In this document: positions 26,203 to 36,542 of the stretch, one piece after another
Layout of the letters: every line of letters starts with the position of its first letter
Numbering within the stretch: position 1 is the stretch's first letter
DNA from: Terriglobales bacterium
GTDB lineage: Bacteria > Acidobacteriota > Terriglobia > Terriglobales > Acidobacteriaceae
Reading direction: 5' to 3'
DNA length: 64,000 nt
NCBI GenBank assembly: GCA_050018355.1
Contig: JBEKAF010000004.1
Coordinates: 8,634 to 72,633, forward strand
Position numbers and translations under genes: made by a program
The notes under the pieces: model-generated
Seen by the model: only the letters and a program-made list of their open reading frames with translations
The model's database searches: none
What the model was told of the DNA's origin: nothing

Positions 26203-27705
26203 ATGAACTCTTCCCCGAAAACATACCCAGCCGGCGCGGCTGCATCTCCCCAGTTCGGAGCCGCACTCGAGCTGCTCGGATCTTTGACCGCCGTCGCTGC
26301 CGCCACACTCTGCTTCCTCATGGGTTGGCTGAGCTGCGAGGGAGCCGAGGTTCTCACAGCGCTGATGCTGGTTTCGCTGATTGGCCTCGCGTGGAAACGG
26401 TTCGATGGCGGACGGCATCCTTGCTTCTTCTTCCTGTGCATGTTGACGCTGTTCCAAGCCGGCCGGCTGATTGCATACTGTGCCGGCGGGGCGACCGACA
26501 TATTCCAGGTCACGTTGATGACTGCGTATCCATTCGACGTATCCCGCGATGTGGCGGCCTTGGTGCTGCTGTCCATTGCACTGTCCGCCATCTGTATTTA
26601 TGCGCCTTGCCGATGGAACTACCACTCTTCTTATCCGCCGGGCAGCGGATCTTTCGGCCGCTTCCTCCCCTATCTCTACTTTCTGTTCTCGTTGAGCGTG
26701 CCGGTGCAACTGTACAAGAATTTGTGCTACTACCAGTACGCGAAGGACCATGGCGGATATCTCGTGGTTTTTATTGACCATGGAGGTATGGCTGCGAGCA
26801 TACCCATGGCGGTTCGGGCCATTTCGCTGATCAGCCTGCCCGCGTTCGTCGGCATCTTTGTTCTGGAGCGGCGGAAGCAATTCCTCCGCACCGCAACCGC
26901 CGTGTACTTCGCGATTGCGGCGCCGATTCTGCTGATGGGCTCGCGCGGCGGCATTTTCAGCCTGGTGCTTTCTCTCTGGTATGTCGCCAAAGTGAAGTCC
27001 GGGCAGCGCTCCCACCTGTATTCGGCGGGGCTTCTCGCAGCCGGACTCGTTCTGGCCGGTTCCGTGATCGGCTCGTTCCGCGCCGGGAATGTCGAGTCCA
27101 ACGCGCTCGCCGGCCCTTCCCAATTCATTGCCGGCCAGGGTTCGTCGATCAATATCACCGAGGTCGCAATCGCCTATCGGCGGCTTTTCGCCCCGCACAT
27201 CGTTTCCAATCTTGCCGACGAATTGCGGTCGGCGTTCTTCCCCACCGATCATATGGCGTACGTTGCCGGAAAGAATTTTGACGCCGATGTTTCGTTTTTC
27301 TTGAATCCAACCGCATATCAAATGGGGTCCGGCAGCGGCTCGTCGTATCTGGCGGAAGCTTATTTGGCGGGCGGCCTCTGGGGAGTCGTGATCGTCTCCG
27401 GATTACTGGGCGCTCTCCTCCACGGAATGCATGTGTATGCCAGGAATCCTCTCGGGCTCTTCCTGGTCGCGATGATCCTTCCTGACGTGCTTCTTATGCC
27501 TCGAGGCGGGCTGTTGGACTGGGTATCGGCGTCGCTGCGAGTTGGAATCTCGGTTCTCCTGCTGCTGGCCGGCTGGTATTTCTATCAGGCCATCGCCCGA
27601 ATCGGCGGCATTCTATGGGGAAGCAACTGCGCGCTCGACCACCGCGTGCAGAAACTTCCAAGGCAAGTACTCGCCATTGAGGAACTATCCGGAGGAAATC
27701 CATGA
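26203..27705 (+). CDS. O-antigen/EPS polymerase (Wzy-like polytopic membrane protein)
   Basis: 500 aa with more than 10 predicted TM helices. It sits between the PCP and glycosyltransferase genes. Confidence 0.7.
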   Translation: MNSSPKTYPAGAAASPQFGAALELLGSLTAVAAATLCFLMGWLSCEGAEVLTALMLVSLIGLAWKRFDGGRHPCFFFLCMLTLFQAGRLIAYCAGGATDIFQVTLMTAYPFDVSRDVAALVLLSIALSAICIYAPCRWNYHSSYPPGSGSFGRFLPYLYFLFSLSVPVQLYKNLCYYQYAKDHGGYLVVFIDHGGMAASIPMAVRAISLISLPAFVGIFVLERRKQFLRTATAVYFAIAAPILLMGSRGGIFSLVLSLWYVAKVKSGQRSHLYSAGLLAAGLVLAGSVIGSFRAGNVESNALAGPSQFIAGQGSSINITEVAIAYRRLFAPHIVSNLADELRSAFFPTDHMAYVAGKNFDADVSFFLNPTAYQMGSGSGSSYLAEAYLAGGLWGVVIVSGLLGALLHGMHVYARNPLGLFLVAMILPDVLLMPRGGLLDWVSASLRVGISVLLLLAGWYFYQAIARIGGILWGSNCALDHRVQKLPRQVLAIEELSGGNP

Positions 27706-28571
27706 TCTCACTCATTGTTGCTACTCTCAACCGCGTAACCGAGCTTGACCGCTTACTGCGGAGCCTCGAGGAGCAAAGCTACCGCGATTTTGAAGTCCTT
27801 GTGGTGGACCAGAATCCTGACGACCGGCTGGTCCCCGTGTTGGGCCTTCATGCCCGCCTCGTGATTCGACACTTGCGGTCGGAACGCGGGCTCTCCCGTG
27901 CCCGTAACGTCGGTCTTCGTGTCGCGCGGGGCGATATCATTGCTATTCCCGACGATGACTGTTGGTATCCCAAGGAACTGCTGGCAACCGTCGCGACATG
28001 GTTCGAGTCCCATTCTGAGTTCGGATTGCTGTTCACGGCCTTGCGGACTGCGGAGAACACGCCCTCCGGACCAAAAACGCCGGCCACGGCACGCCGCTGC
28101 ACAAAGAGCGACGTCTCGACATGCCTGGCGGCATCAGCGGCACTGTTCATGCGACGGTCGGTCTCGACCGCGGTCGGTGGTTTCAATGAGTACCTCGGCA
28201 TCGGCGCCGCCTCCAAATATCAGGCGGGCGAGGAAAGAGATTACGTCTTGCGAGCGCATCAGAAGGGCTTCCAATTTTGGTACGAACCCTCGTTCACGGT
28301 CCACCACCCACCGTTTGGTTCTATCGAGCGGCTCAAGAAAACCACTTACGCGTACGCCTTAAGCGAGGGTTGTGTGCAGAGAATGTACCGCTATCCGCTG
28401 CACAAAGTGGGCAGCGATCTTATCCGATCCTTTGGCGGAGCCGCAGTCAGGCTGTGCCAGGGTGACTTGTTCAAGGCATCGGTGTATGTGCTGCGCGGGG
28501 CGGGTCAACTGGTCGGCTATATTTCCGGTCCGCGCGATCTAAGCCGCCGCGCCACGCCCCTTGGCCAATAG
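27702..28571 (+). CDS. glycosyltransferase family 2
   Basis: ISLIVATLNR...FEVLVVDQNPDD...IIAIPDDDCWY (DxD). The start overlaps the wzy stop. Confidence 0.9.
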   Translation: MISLIVATLNRVTELDRLLRSLEEQSYRDFEVLVVDQNPDDRLVPVLGLHARLVIRHLRSERGLSRARNVGLRVARGDIIAIPDDDCWYPKELLATVATWFESHSEFGLLFTALRTAENTPSGPKTPATARRCTKSDVSTCLAASAALFMRRSVSTAVGGFNEYLGIGAASKYQAGEERDYVLRAHQKGFQFWYEPSFTVHHPPFGSIERLKKTTYAYALSEGCVQRMYRYPLHKVGSDLIRSFGGAAVRLCQGDLFKASVYVLRGAGQLVGYISGPRDLSRRATPLGQ

Positions 28572-28595
28572 TGGGCGCGCGATTCCATCCCCCAA

Positions 28596-29876
28596 TTGTC
28601 CATGAAGATTCCATTTCGCGGGCTGTTCAAGAATGTCCTTCGCCTCGGGTCGGGCGAACTCTTGAGCCGCCTATGCGGCATTGCGATCGCGGTGCTGCTC
28701 GGACACCGCTATGGGGTCGTGATCCTGGGCATCTATGCGCTGGCCCAGAGCTTGAACCAGTACCTGCAGCCGCTGATCGACTTCGGCCTACGACAGGTGG
28801 GAGCGCGGCTGTTGGCCTTGTATCCTCACGCTGCGAGCGACATTGTCGAGCGGGTGCAGCGCCGGCGCCTGGGGACGGCAGTCCTAGTCCTACCGCTGAT
28901 CGCGCTTTACGCCGCATGCGCGAAACTGCCTGCGGAAATGAAGATCTTCCTGTTCGCCTTTTCGGCAGTGGGCGCACTCTATGCCATTTCTCTGGACTGG
29001 GTGGCATGGGGTCAGGAGCGGCTGTATCTGTTGGGCCTTGCGAGATCCGTCGTTCCCCTCAGCATCCTGGTGTTTCTCGCGATCGGCAGGGCACCAGGAG
29101 AGCGGGTCCTGTGGTGGGCGGTAGCCGGCAATGCTTTTGGGTACCTGCTGCAGGGCGCGATCTTCTGGACGTGGTGGAGAAGGCAACCATCGCGGCCGGT
29201 ATACGGCGAGACCCTGGACGCCATCCGCGAGTCGCTGGCCTGGCGGCGCACCCGCATTATGGGCCTCGCATGGCTATGCAACCTGGCCTTCAACACCATC
29301 GATGTTCTGATGCTCGGTCTCATGTCGAACCCGGAACAGATCGGTCTCTATGGCGCCGCCTACCGCGTCTTGAATCAGGTGCTGGTCACATACTACCTGC
29401 TGACACAGGTCCTCTATCCGCGGTTTGCCCGGCATGGTATCGAAGACCGCGCCCGCATGCTGCGGGCGCGCATCCTGCTGCCCCTGCTCGGGACGGGGAT
29501 CCTGATCGCGGCCGTCGTTTCGGTTTCCCGCCGGATGGTGCTGACCATTATGTTTGGACATCAGTTCCTGGCGGCATGCCCCCTGCTGTTTCTGTTGGCC
29601 TGGTCCATACCACTCGATTTCATGACCTCCTATTTGAGCAACGCTTTTATCGCCTGGGGCATGGAGAAGAAGATCTTGCTTTGCACTGGAATCGGCGCGG
29701 CCAGCAACATCGTCTTGAATCTCGCCTTCATCCCAAGTTACGGGGCTCGGGGAGCGGCGATTAACACGCTCCTGTCTTACGCGATCTTCCTGGCCGCTCT
29801 GGGCTTTGTCGGAAGAACGGCGCAAGAACTCGCCACCCGAACCGAGCCCCAGATGGACGCCGTCGCCTGCCCGTAA
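28596..29876 (+). CDS. oligosaccharide flippase (Wzx / MOP superfamily)
   Basis: 426 aa, about 12 TM helices, typical polysaccharide-biosynthesis-protein N-terminus (LFKNVLRLGSGELLSRLCGIAIAVLL). Confidence 0.85.
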   Translation: MSMKIPFRGLFKNVLRLGSGELLSRLCGIAIAVLLGHRYGVVILGIYALAQSLNQYLQPLIDFGLRQVGARLLALYPHAASDIVERVQRRRLGTAVLVLPLIALYAACAKLPAEMKIFLFAFSAVGALYAISLDWVAWGQERLYLLGLARSVVPLSILVFLAIGRAPGERVLWWAVAGNAFGYLLQGAIFWTWWRRQPSRPVYGETLDAIRESLAWRRTRIMGLAWLCNLAFNTIDVLMLGLMSNPEQIGLYGAAYRVLNQVLVTYYLLTQVLYPRFARHGIEDRARMLRARILLPLLGTGILIAAVVSVSRRMVLTIMFGHQFLAACPLLFLLAWSIPLDFMTSYLSNAFIAWGMEKKILLCTGIGAASNIVLNLAFIPSYGARGAAINTLLSYAIFLAALGFVGRTAQELATRTEPQMDAVACP

Positions 29877-30017
29877 CCGCGTGCCGAGCTGACGCTGGAG
29901 AAGTGCACAGGAATATAACGGCGAGAGATCTACATATTGTCCCCCAGGGAGAAGTCAGTGAACACATCCGCATTCATTCCTTGTCATTTTGTGGGCCAGA
30001 GCCAATTAGGAGAACCT

Positions 30018-30854
30018 ATGAGTTGTGATGTAAGCGTTATTACGCCAACCTATAACTCGTCTTGCACACTCAGGAGGGCGCTGGACTCGATTTATGGCCA
30101 GTCATCGCTTCCTCGGGAGATCATTGTCGTGGATGATGGCAGTGACGATTGGGAACAGTCCAGGCTGATCGCAACTTCCTATCCCGATAGCATAGCGATT
30201 CGCTTTATTCATATGGATAAGAACCAGGGACCGTCCAGCGCCAGAAATATCGGCATCTCGGCCGCCCAGGGACGTTATCTGGCATTTCTTGACTCGGACG
30301 ACGTTTGGTATAAGGACAAGATCGCAATCCAATATGGGCTAATGACGAGCCGCAATCTTGACTTTTCGATGCACCGGTATTGTCACGATATGACCCGTTT
30401 ACGATGCGATAGCGAGGATAGAAATGACAGGTCGTCCCTATCTCTTTCTTCGCTTTCCTCCTGGACACCTCTGCTCCGGAACGACAGTACAAATTCAGTG
30501 ATGGTATTGAAGGAGAACATGGTTTTATATGATACGTCGTTGCGGAGAGGCGAAGACTTCACATTGTATATGGAGTTGCTCTCGAGGCCTGGGTGCAGAG
30601 CTGTCTATATTAGACGTGTCCTGGCAGGTGGATTCAAGAGCACCATCGGTGCGTCGGGCCTAAGCCAGGACGTAAAGGGAATGCATTTAGGAAGAATGCT
30701 CGCACTAAAGAAGCTGATCAATGAGGGCAAGATTAGCATGGTGCAGTATTGTTTTGGCATTTGGACGGAGACGGTGAAATATCCCGTTCGCGTTCTCCGG
30801 GTATCGCTACGCACCCGCGCTGCGATATGGCCACTGGTTGCGAAGGGCGTGTGA
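30018..30854 (+). CDS. glycosyltransferase family 2 (AT-richer than its neighbours)
   Basis: Start at ATG 30018 with an AGGAG Shine-Dalgarno. VSVITPTYNSSCTLRRALDSIYGQS...IIVVDDGSDD...LAFLDSDDVW. Confidence 0.85.
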   Translation: MSCDVSVITPTYNSSCTLRRALDSIYGQSSLPREIIVVDDGSDDWEQSRLIATSYPDSIAIRFIHMDKNQGPSSARNIGISAAQGRYLAFLDSDDVWYKDKIAIQYGLMTSRNLDFSMHRYCHDMTRLRCDSEDRNDRSSLSLSSLSSWTPLLRNDSTNSVMVLKENMVLYDTSLRRGEDFTLYMELLSRPGCRAVYIRRVLAGGFKSTIGASGLSQDVKGMHLGRMLALKKLINEGKISMVQYCFGIWTETVKYPVRVLRVSLRTRAAIWPLVAKGV

Positions 30855-30939
30855 TCTGAGAAGGCAATCCGCTGCTGGAGCGCGCAGTGGGGGGAGTAAG
30901 TGAAAAGTATAGCGGCTATTCCAAGCGGAGCAAACAACC

Positions 30940-31518
30940 ATGGAAAACATCAAGCAGCTTCTGTATAGCGATCTCGCACGCCAGGCTGAACTCGAGGGCA
31001 GGCCCGTGGCGCGACCCAGCTTGCGCGGGTTGCTCCGCCGCCTGCTGCATCACCGTTTTCTGCCCATCGTGCTGTGCCGCGTGAGCCGGGCGGCCCGGCT
31101 CCGGAAGATTCCGGTCCTGCCCGAACTGCTGACCTATCTCAATATTGTGCTCTTCGGCCTGGAGGTTACGCCGCGCTGCGAGATCGGGCCGGGGATTTTT
31201 TTTCCCCACCCGTCGGGGACCGTCATTGGAGCATGGCGCATCGGCAGCAACGCGACCATCCTCCAGGGCGTTACGCTGGGCGCCAAGAGAATGGACTTGG
31301 GTTTTGATTTCAGATTACGCCCCGAAATCGGGGACAACGTGGTGCTCGGCGCAGGCTCGAAGATTCTGGGCGGCATCCACATTGGCGACAACGTGACCGT
31401 CGGCGCGAACTCGGTGGTGTTGGATTCGGTCGAACCCGACAGCACCGTGGTTGGCATTCCCGCCCGCAAAATATCGAAACAACCACATCGAAATAACGAC
31501 ATCGAGATAGCGAAATAA
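30940..31518 (+). CDS. hexapeptide-repeat O-acetyltransferase (serine acetyltransferase-like)
   Basis: LbH repeats IGPGIFFPHPSGTVIGAWRIGSNATILQGVTLG...IGDNVVLGAGSKILGGIHIGDNVTVGANSVV. Confidence 0.85.
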   Translation: MENIKQLLYSDLARQAELEGRPVARPSLRGLLRRLLHHRFLPIVLCRVSRAARLRKIPVLPELLTYLNIVLFGLEVTPRCEIGPGIFFPHPSGTVIGAWRIGSNATILQGVTLGAKRMDLGFDFRLRPEIGDNVVLGAGSKILGGIHIGDNVTVGANSVVLDSVEPDSTVVGIPARKISKQPHRNNDIEIAK

Positions 31519-31534
31519 AGACCAGGAGAAATGG

Positions 31535-32464
31535 ATGGAACCCCTGTTGGATCTTACCGTCATCATCCCGAGCTACAACACCAGGCACTTGCTGCGCGAT
31601 TGTATTTCCTCAATTTACGAGCACACGCGCGGCATCACCTTTGAAGTTATCTGCATCGATGACAATTCGCAGGACGGCACCGCGGACATGGTGGCCGAAG
31701 CGTTCCCCGAGGTAATCCTGGTCCGGAACCAGGTTAACCAGTCCTATGTCACAAACACCAATCTCGGGATGCGAATGTCGCGGGCGCGCTATGCCTGCCA
31801 CTTGAACAGCGATACCCTGCTGATCAGCAATGCTTTTCGAGCGCTGGTCAAGTACATGGACGAGAATCCCCAGGTGGCCGCCTGCGGTCCAAAGCTGCTG
31901 AACCCCGACCGCTCGGTACAGCACTGCATCCGCCATTTTTCCGGGCCCGGCACCCTGGTGCTGCAAGCCCTCAACTGGCACAAACTGTTTCCCCGAAGCC
32001 GGCTGACGGATCGTTACTATGCTACCGACTTCGACTACTCCAAAGCACAGCCGGTGGACAGCATTGGTACGACCGCCTACATCGTCCGGCGCTCTACCTG
32101 GGAGAATGCGGGCATGCTGGATGAACGCTTCCGGCTTTTTGTCTCCGACCTGGCCTACAACTTCATGCTGAGGAAAAAGGGCTATCCGGTGCACTACACG
32201 CCTTGCGCGGAGGTCGTCCACTTCGGGAGTCAAAGCGTCAATCAGAACCCGCAAAGCTCGCTTCGCGAACTGCACGACGCGCTGATCGAATTCAACGAAG
32301 CCTACGACTACTTTGGCAAAAGTCGCGCCAGCAAGCTCCTGGTTCGTCTCGCGGTGAAGGCGCGCGATTACTTCAAGCGCGCGGAATACTACCTGAGCTC
32401 CGATAAGCGAGTGATCAAGGGACCCGGCGCGCCTCCGAAGGCACGGGCCTCGGCTTCTTCGTAG
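31535..32464 (+). CDS. glycosyltransferase family 2
   Basis: LTVIIPSYNTRHLLRDCISSIYEH...VICIDDNSQDGT...HLNSDTLL. Confidence 0.9.
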   Translation: MEPLLDLTVIIPSYNTRHLLRDCISSIYEHTRGITFEVICIDDNSQDGTADMVAEAFPEVILVRNQVNQSYVTNTNLGMRMSRARYACHLNSDTLLISNAFRALVKYMDENPQVAACGPKLLNPDRSVQHCIRHFSGPGTLVLQALNWHKLFPRSRLTDRYYATDFDYSKAQPVDSIGTTAYIVRRSTWENAGMLDERFRLFVSDLAYNFMLRKKGYPVHYTPCAEVVHFGSQSVNQNPQSSLRELHDALIEFNEAYDYFGKSRASKLLVRLAVKARDYFKRAEYYLSSDKRVIKGPGAPPKARASASS

Positions 32465-32554
32465 CCTCCCATTCTCGAAACGAAACTTCTCCGAAAACAT
32501 CGCCTTCCGTCGGATGGAGGGGCTCTTCTCATAGTCACGACAGCAGTTACGACC

Positions 32555-33160
32555 ATGGTCACGACAACTTTCAGTCTTTCGGCGTACCGACTGCCGGCAT
32601 GGAAGCGGGGCATGGATCTGGTTCTGGGGGGAATACTCCTGATCCTGTCCAGCCCTCTCTTCGTGCTTTGCTGGGCCGCCGTACGGTTGACGTCTCCCGG
32701 CCCCGCCCTGCATTGGTCCGAGCGCGTGGGAAAAGACAATCGTCTTTTTGGCATGCCCAAGTTCAGGACGATGCGCGTCGACACGCCGCAGGTAGCAACG
32801 CATTTGTTGCAGCAGCCGCAGCGCTATCTAACCCCGATCGGAGCCCTATTGCGTAAGACCAGCCTTGATGAATTGCCGCAACTGGTCAGCGTTTGGCGGG
32901 GCGATCTGAGCCTGGTGGGACCGCGTCCCGCGCTCTTCAATCAGGACGATCTGGTCGCGCTTCGCACCCGGCGCGGCGTGCATCGATTAGTTCCCGGAAT
33001 TACCGGTTGGGCGCAAGTCAATGGCCGCGATGAGTTGGAGATTCCACTCAAGGTTCATTACGACGCCGAATACATGGAAGCGCAGTCGCTTCCCCTGGAC
33101 TTGAAGATCATGACGCTCACCCTGTGGAGGGTGATCAATGCGGAAGGCGTGCAACATTAG
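32555..33160 (+). CDS. undecaprenyl-phosphate sugar phosphotransferase (small PglC/WbaP-C-type initiating enzyme)
   Basis: [20 protein letters not shown]...PKFRTM...[22 protein letters not shown]. Confidence 0.9.
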   Translation: MVTTTFSLSAYRLPAWKRGMDLVLGGILLILSSPLFVLCWAAVRLTSPGPALHWSERVGKDNRLFGMPKFRTMRVDTPQVATHLLQQPQRYLTPIGALLRKTSLDELPQLVSVWRGDLSLVGPRPALFNQDDLVALRTRRGVHRLVPGITGWAQVNGRDELEIPLKVHYDAEYMEAQSLPLDLKIMTLTLWRVINAEGVQH

Positions 33161-33350
33161 CCTCCATTCGTCCCCCATTTGATTTTCGGGGGTGAGGATA
33201 CGCTGACTTGAAATCCGGGCCGCCCAGCGCCGGGAATCGCCGCGCCGCTTTACCCTGCCAATCAAATCGTGCCGCGCCCTCAAGGAACTACCAACCAATG
33301 ACGATCAACAACATAGGTGTCCACAACTAAGGGAGTGACCTGTTCGTGCT

Positions 33351-35348
33351 ATGAGAAAAATCAACAAGAAGTCTCCCGCGCTGTTACGTTGCCGGTCTCT
33401 GTTCGTGCTGTTATTGCAAATGGGTCTTATCCTTTGCTCTCTGGTATGCGCCTGGCTCCTGCGCTTCGAGTTCCAGGTGCCAGACCCGAGCCTGCTGTGG
33501 GCCGCAGCTCCCATACTGATTATCGTTCGCCTCGCTGTCATGCCGTTTTTCAATCTTATGCATGGCTGGTGGCGCTATACCGGGATCGGCGATGCGGTGG
33601 ACGTCTTGAAAGCCATCCTCACCGGTTCGTTCGTCTTCCTGCTCATCGTGCGCTATGGGTTGGGACTGAAAGTCTTTCCGCTGTCGATTTATGCGTTGGA
33701 GGCATTGATCACTTTCACGCTCTTGACCGGCGTACGCGTACTCTCCCGCATGCTCGCGGAAACCGTGCGGGCAGACTCGACCTCGAAGCGTTTACTCCTG
33801 GTAGGTGCAGGACATGCCGCCCAGATGATCATTCGCGAAACTCAGGAAGTGGAGACCGGCTATCAGGTGATCGGTTGTGTCGATGACAATCCACTCAAGA
33901 AGGGGCTGCGAATTCTGGGCGTGCCGGTGCTTGGCCCGGTCGAGGCTCTGGCGAAAGCAGTCGGCCAGCACCGAATCGACGAAGTCCTGATTGCGATTCC
34001 ATCGGCGACCCAGACCCAGATGCGCCGCCTAGTGAAAATCTGTAAAGAGGCGAGCGCTGCCTTCCGGACCGTCCCCGAAATGGCGGAATTGATCGCGGGT
34101 CGAGTCACCCTGCAGCAGGTTCGAGAAGTTTCACTTACGGATCTGCTGGGGCGTATCCCTGTCGACCTCGATCTGGAATCGGTGCGCGAGCATATTCGGG
34201 ACCGCGTGGTCATGGTGACCGGCGCCGCGGGATCCATCGGCTCCGAACTATGCCGGCAAATCAGGACGTACAGACCGAAACTTCTTTTGTGCCTCGACCA
34301 GAATGAAACCGGGATCTTTCACTTGCAGCACCAGCTTGCCCAGGGCGACGGTGACGAGCGAAAGGTATTTTGTGTCGCCGATTTCTGCAACCCGGAGCGC
34401 ATGCGCAAAATATTCCTGACCTACGGGGTCGAGATCGTTTTCCACGCCGCCGCGTACAAGCACGTGCCGGTAATGGAATCCAATGTGGAAGAAGCGGTCG
34501 GCAACAACGTTTTCGGCCTGCTGTCGTTGCTGAATGTGGCGCAGAATGCGAATTGCTCAACCTTCGTGATGATTTCGTCCGACAAGGCGGTGAATCCAAG
34601 CAACGTCATGGGCTGTACCAAACGCGTCGGAGAATTGATTCTCGCCGCTTGGCCCGGAGAGCGGATGCGCTCGGTGTCGGTCCGGTTCGGCAATGTCCTC
34701 GGATCGAACGGCAGCGTGATTCCGCTCTTCCAGGAACAGATACGCCAAAACCAGCCCATCACCATCACTCACCCCGAAATGACTCGCTTTTTCATGACCG
34801 TTTCGGAAGCGGTTTGCCTGGTGTTGCAGGCCTTCGCGATCGGCCGGAACGGCGACATCCTTGTGCTCGACATGGGGGAACCGGTTCGGGTCGCGGAGCT
34901 GGCGAAAACCCTGGTTCGGCTCTCCGGCAAATCCCGCCAGGAATTCAAGTTCATTGGCCTCCGTCCGGGCGAAAAGCTCTTCGAGGAACTCTTCTATCCC
35001 GACGAGCGGGTTTTTCCGAGCGCCTGTGAAAAGATAGCCTGTACGGAAAGTGTAAAGCTCGACTGGCCGGCGTTGAAGCGTGGTCTCGACAAACTCTCTG
35101 TCGCCGTATCGCTCGGCAAGCGAGCCTCCATCCTGGCCCAACTCAAACAAATCGTACCGCAATTTACCTACGCGGGTTCGGATCAGGCCGGGAGCACGGA
35201 GAATGTGCCATTAAGCCCGAGCGCGAGCCCAAACGTGTGTGAGGCGCCGCAAGAATCCCAAGCGCTTGTGGATAGGCCGCGATCGCCTTATCGAACTTGG
35301 CAGGTGAACCCATTGGTGGGACCGGCGGGTAGCGGTCCTGGCGACTAA
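33351..35348 (+). CDS. polysaccharide biosynthesis protein CapD/PglF/WbpM-type (membrane-anchored NDP-sugar 4,6-dehydratase/epimerase)
   Basis: 665 aa. 4 N-terminal TM helices, Rossmann motifs LLVGAGHAA and VMVTGAAGSIGSEL, catalytic region AAYKHVP. Confidence 0.9.
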   Translation: MRKINKKSPALLRCRSLFVLLLQMGLILCSLVCAWLLRFEFQVPDPSLLWAAAPILIIVRLAVMPFFNLMHGWWRYTGIGDAVDVLKAILTGSFVFLLIVRYGLGLKVFPLSIYALEALITFTLLTGVRVLSRMLAETVRADSTSKRLLLVGAGHAAQMIIRETQEVETGYQVIGCVDDNPLKKGLRILGVPVLGPVEALAKAVGQHRIDEVLIAIPSATQTQMRRLVKICKEASAAFRTVPEMAELIAGRVTLQQVREVSLTDLLGRIPVDLDLESVREHIRDRVVMVTGAAGSIGSELCRQIRTYRPKLLLCLDQNETGIFHLQHQLAQGDGDERKVFCVADFCNPERMRKIFLTYGVEIVFHAAAYKHVPVMESNVEEAVGNNVFGLLSLLNVAQNANCSTFVMISSDKAVNPSNVMGCTKRVGELILAAWPGERMRSVSVRFGNVLGSNGSVIPLFQEQIRQNQPITITHPEMTRFFMTVSEAVCLVLQAFAIGRNGDILVLDMGEPVRVAELAKTLVRLSGKSRQEFKFIGLRPGEKLFEELFYPDERVFPSACEKIACTESVKLDWPALKRGLDKLSVAVSLGKRASILAQLKQIVPQFTYAGSDQAGSTENVPLSPSASPNVCEAPQESQALVDRPRSPYRTWQVNPLVGPAGSGPGD

Positions 35349-35421
35349 TTCCATTCTGTCAGCGCTGGCCACTGGACCGGTAATTTGCCTGGCTCTTCGT
35401 GTGCGCCCATTCCCTGCTCTG

Positions 35422-35477
35422 GGCCGACATCGTTAGGCCGACGTCGTCAGGCCGATCTAGTCAGGCCATGATCGTTA
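35422..35477. repeat. 14-nt tandem repeat x4 in the convergent capD/galT gap
   Basis: The four units are ggccgacatcgtta, ggccgacgtcgtca, ggccgatctagtca and ggccatgatcgtta. The last unit contains the galT stop codon. Confidence 0.8.
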
Positions 35478-36542
35478 AGCCATGGGCGGGGGCGGTTGGA
35501 GGTCCAGATAATGCTGGGCTGGCACATCACGCAACCGCAGCGCCGCGGTTTCAGCGGTGATGTCCCGCTGCGGCGTGCCCAACATTTCGTAACCAACCAT
35601 GAATTTTCTTATCGTCGCCGAGCGCAGCAGGGGCGGATAGAAATGCGCGTGCAAGTAAAATTCCGGATAGTCCCCGCCATCGGTGGGCCGCTGATGAAAA
35701 CCCATGGTGTAAGGAAACGACGTGCGAAATAGATTGTCGTAACGAATGGTGGCCTGCCGGAGTATCTCGGCCAGGGCGGTGCGCTCGTCGTCATTCAGTT
35801 CATCCAGAGCGGACACGCATCTCCGGCTGACGAGCAGGGTCTCAAAGGGCCAGACTGCCCAGAACGGCACGAGCATTACGAAATGGTCGTTGGCGCATAC
35901 CAACCGTTCCTGTTTTTCGAGCTCAAGCTGCAGGTAATCGTGCAGCAGAGTTGTGCCGTGCAATTGCCGGTAGTCCCGAAACGCGGCCACTTCCTTCGCC
36001 AATTCATTGGGTAGAGTTTGGTTGGCCCAGATCTGTCCGTGAGGATGGGGATTGCTGCATCCCATCATCGCGCCGCGGTTCTCGAAGATCTGCACGGACC
36101 GGGTGTGCGGATCACTCCCGAGTGCAGAGAACTCTCGCGCCCAGGTATCGACCACTTGCCGCAGTTCGGGCACGCTCATGCGGGCTATGGTGAGATCGTG
36201 TCGCGGTGAGAAGCAGACTACCCGGCACCGCCCCGCTTCGCTGCGGGCAACTAGCAGTCCCTTTTCCTGAATTTCCCCAGCGGGCGTATCTGGCTTCAGC
36301 GCCGCAAAATCATTGTCAAAAACAAACGTCTCGGTGTAGGCGGGATTTCTCACTCCTCCGGCTCGGGCATTGCCGGGGCAAAGGTAGCAGTTGGGATCGT
36401 AAGTTGCCGGCGCTTCCGGTGGAACGCTTTCAACCTGTCCCTGCCAGGGCCTCTCGGTGCGATGCGGCGACACCAGTACCCATTCCCGGGTCAGCGGATT
36501 GAAGCGGCGATGCGGATGCGATGCAAGCTCAGAGAAGTTCAT
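35475..36542 (-). CDS. galT: galactose-1-phosphate uridylyltransferase
   Basis: [39 protein letters not shown] (HPH active site). Confidence 0.95.
   Translation of the reverse strand: MNFSELASHPHRRFNPLTREWVLVSPHRTERPWQGQVESVPPEAPATYDPNCYLCPGNARAGGVRNPAYTETFVFDNDFAALKPDTPAGEIQEKGLLVARSEAGRCRVVCFSPRHDLTIARMSVPELRQVVDTWAREFSALGSDPHTRSVQIFENRGAMMGCSNPHPHGQIWANQTLPNELAKEVAAFRDYRQLHGTTLLHDYLQLELEKQERLVCANDHFVMLVPFWAVWPFETLLVSRRCVSALDELNDDERTALAEILRQATIRYDNLFRTSFPYTMGFHQRPTDGGDYPEFYLHAHFYPPLLRSATIRKFMVGYEMLGTPQRDITAETAALRLRDVPAQHYLDLQPPPPMA

Noticed and set aside
28571-29764. 397-aa ORF on the same strand as wzx but in another frame.
   Set aside because: Its translation is Arg/Pro/Gly-rich with no TM helices. 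The 28596..29876 frame gives a 12-TM MOP-flippase-like protein that fits the locus.
35422-35477. Possible CRISPR array. The same question was asked of the 22128-22245 and 23586-23780 repeats.
   Set aside because: The units are contiguous with no unique spacers. Unit lengths of 14-15 nt, or coding 60-69 nt units, do not fit CRISPR repeats. No cas genes are present.
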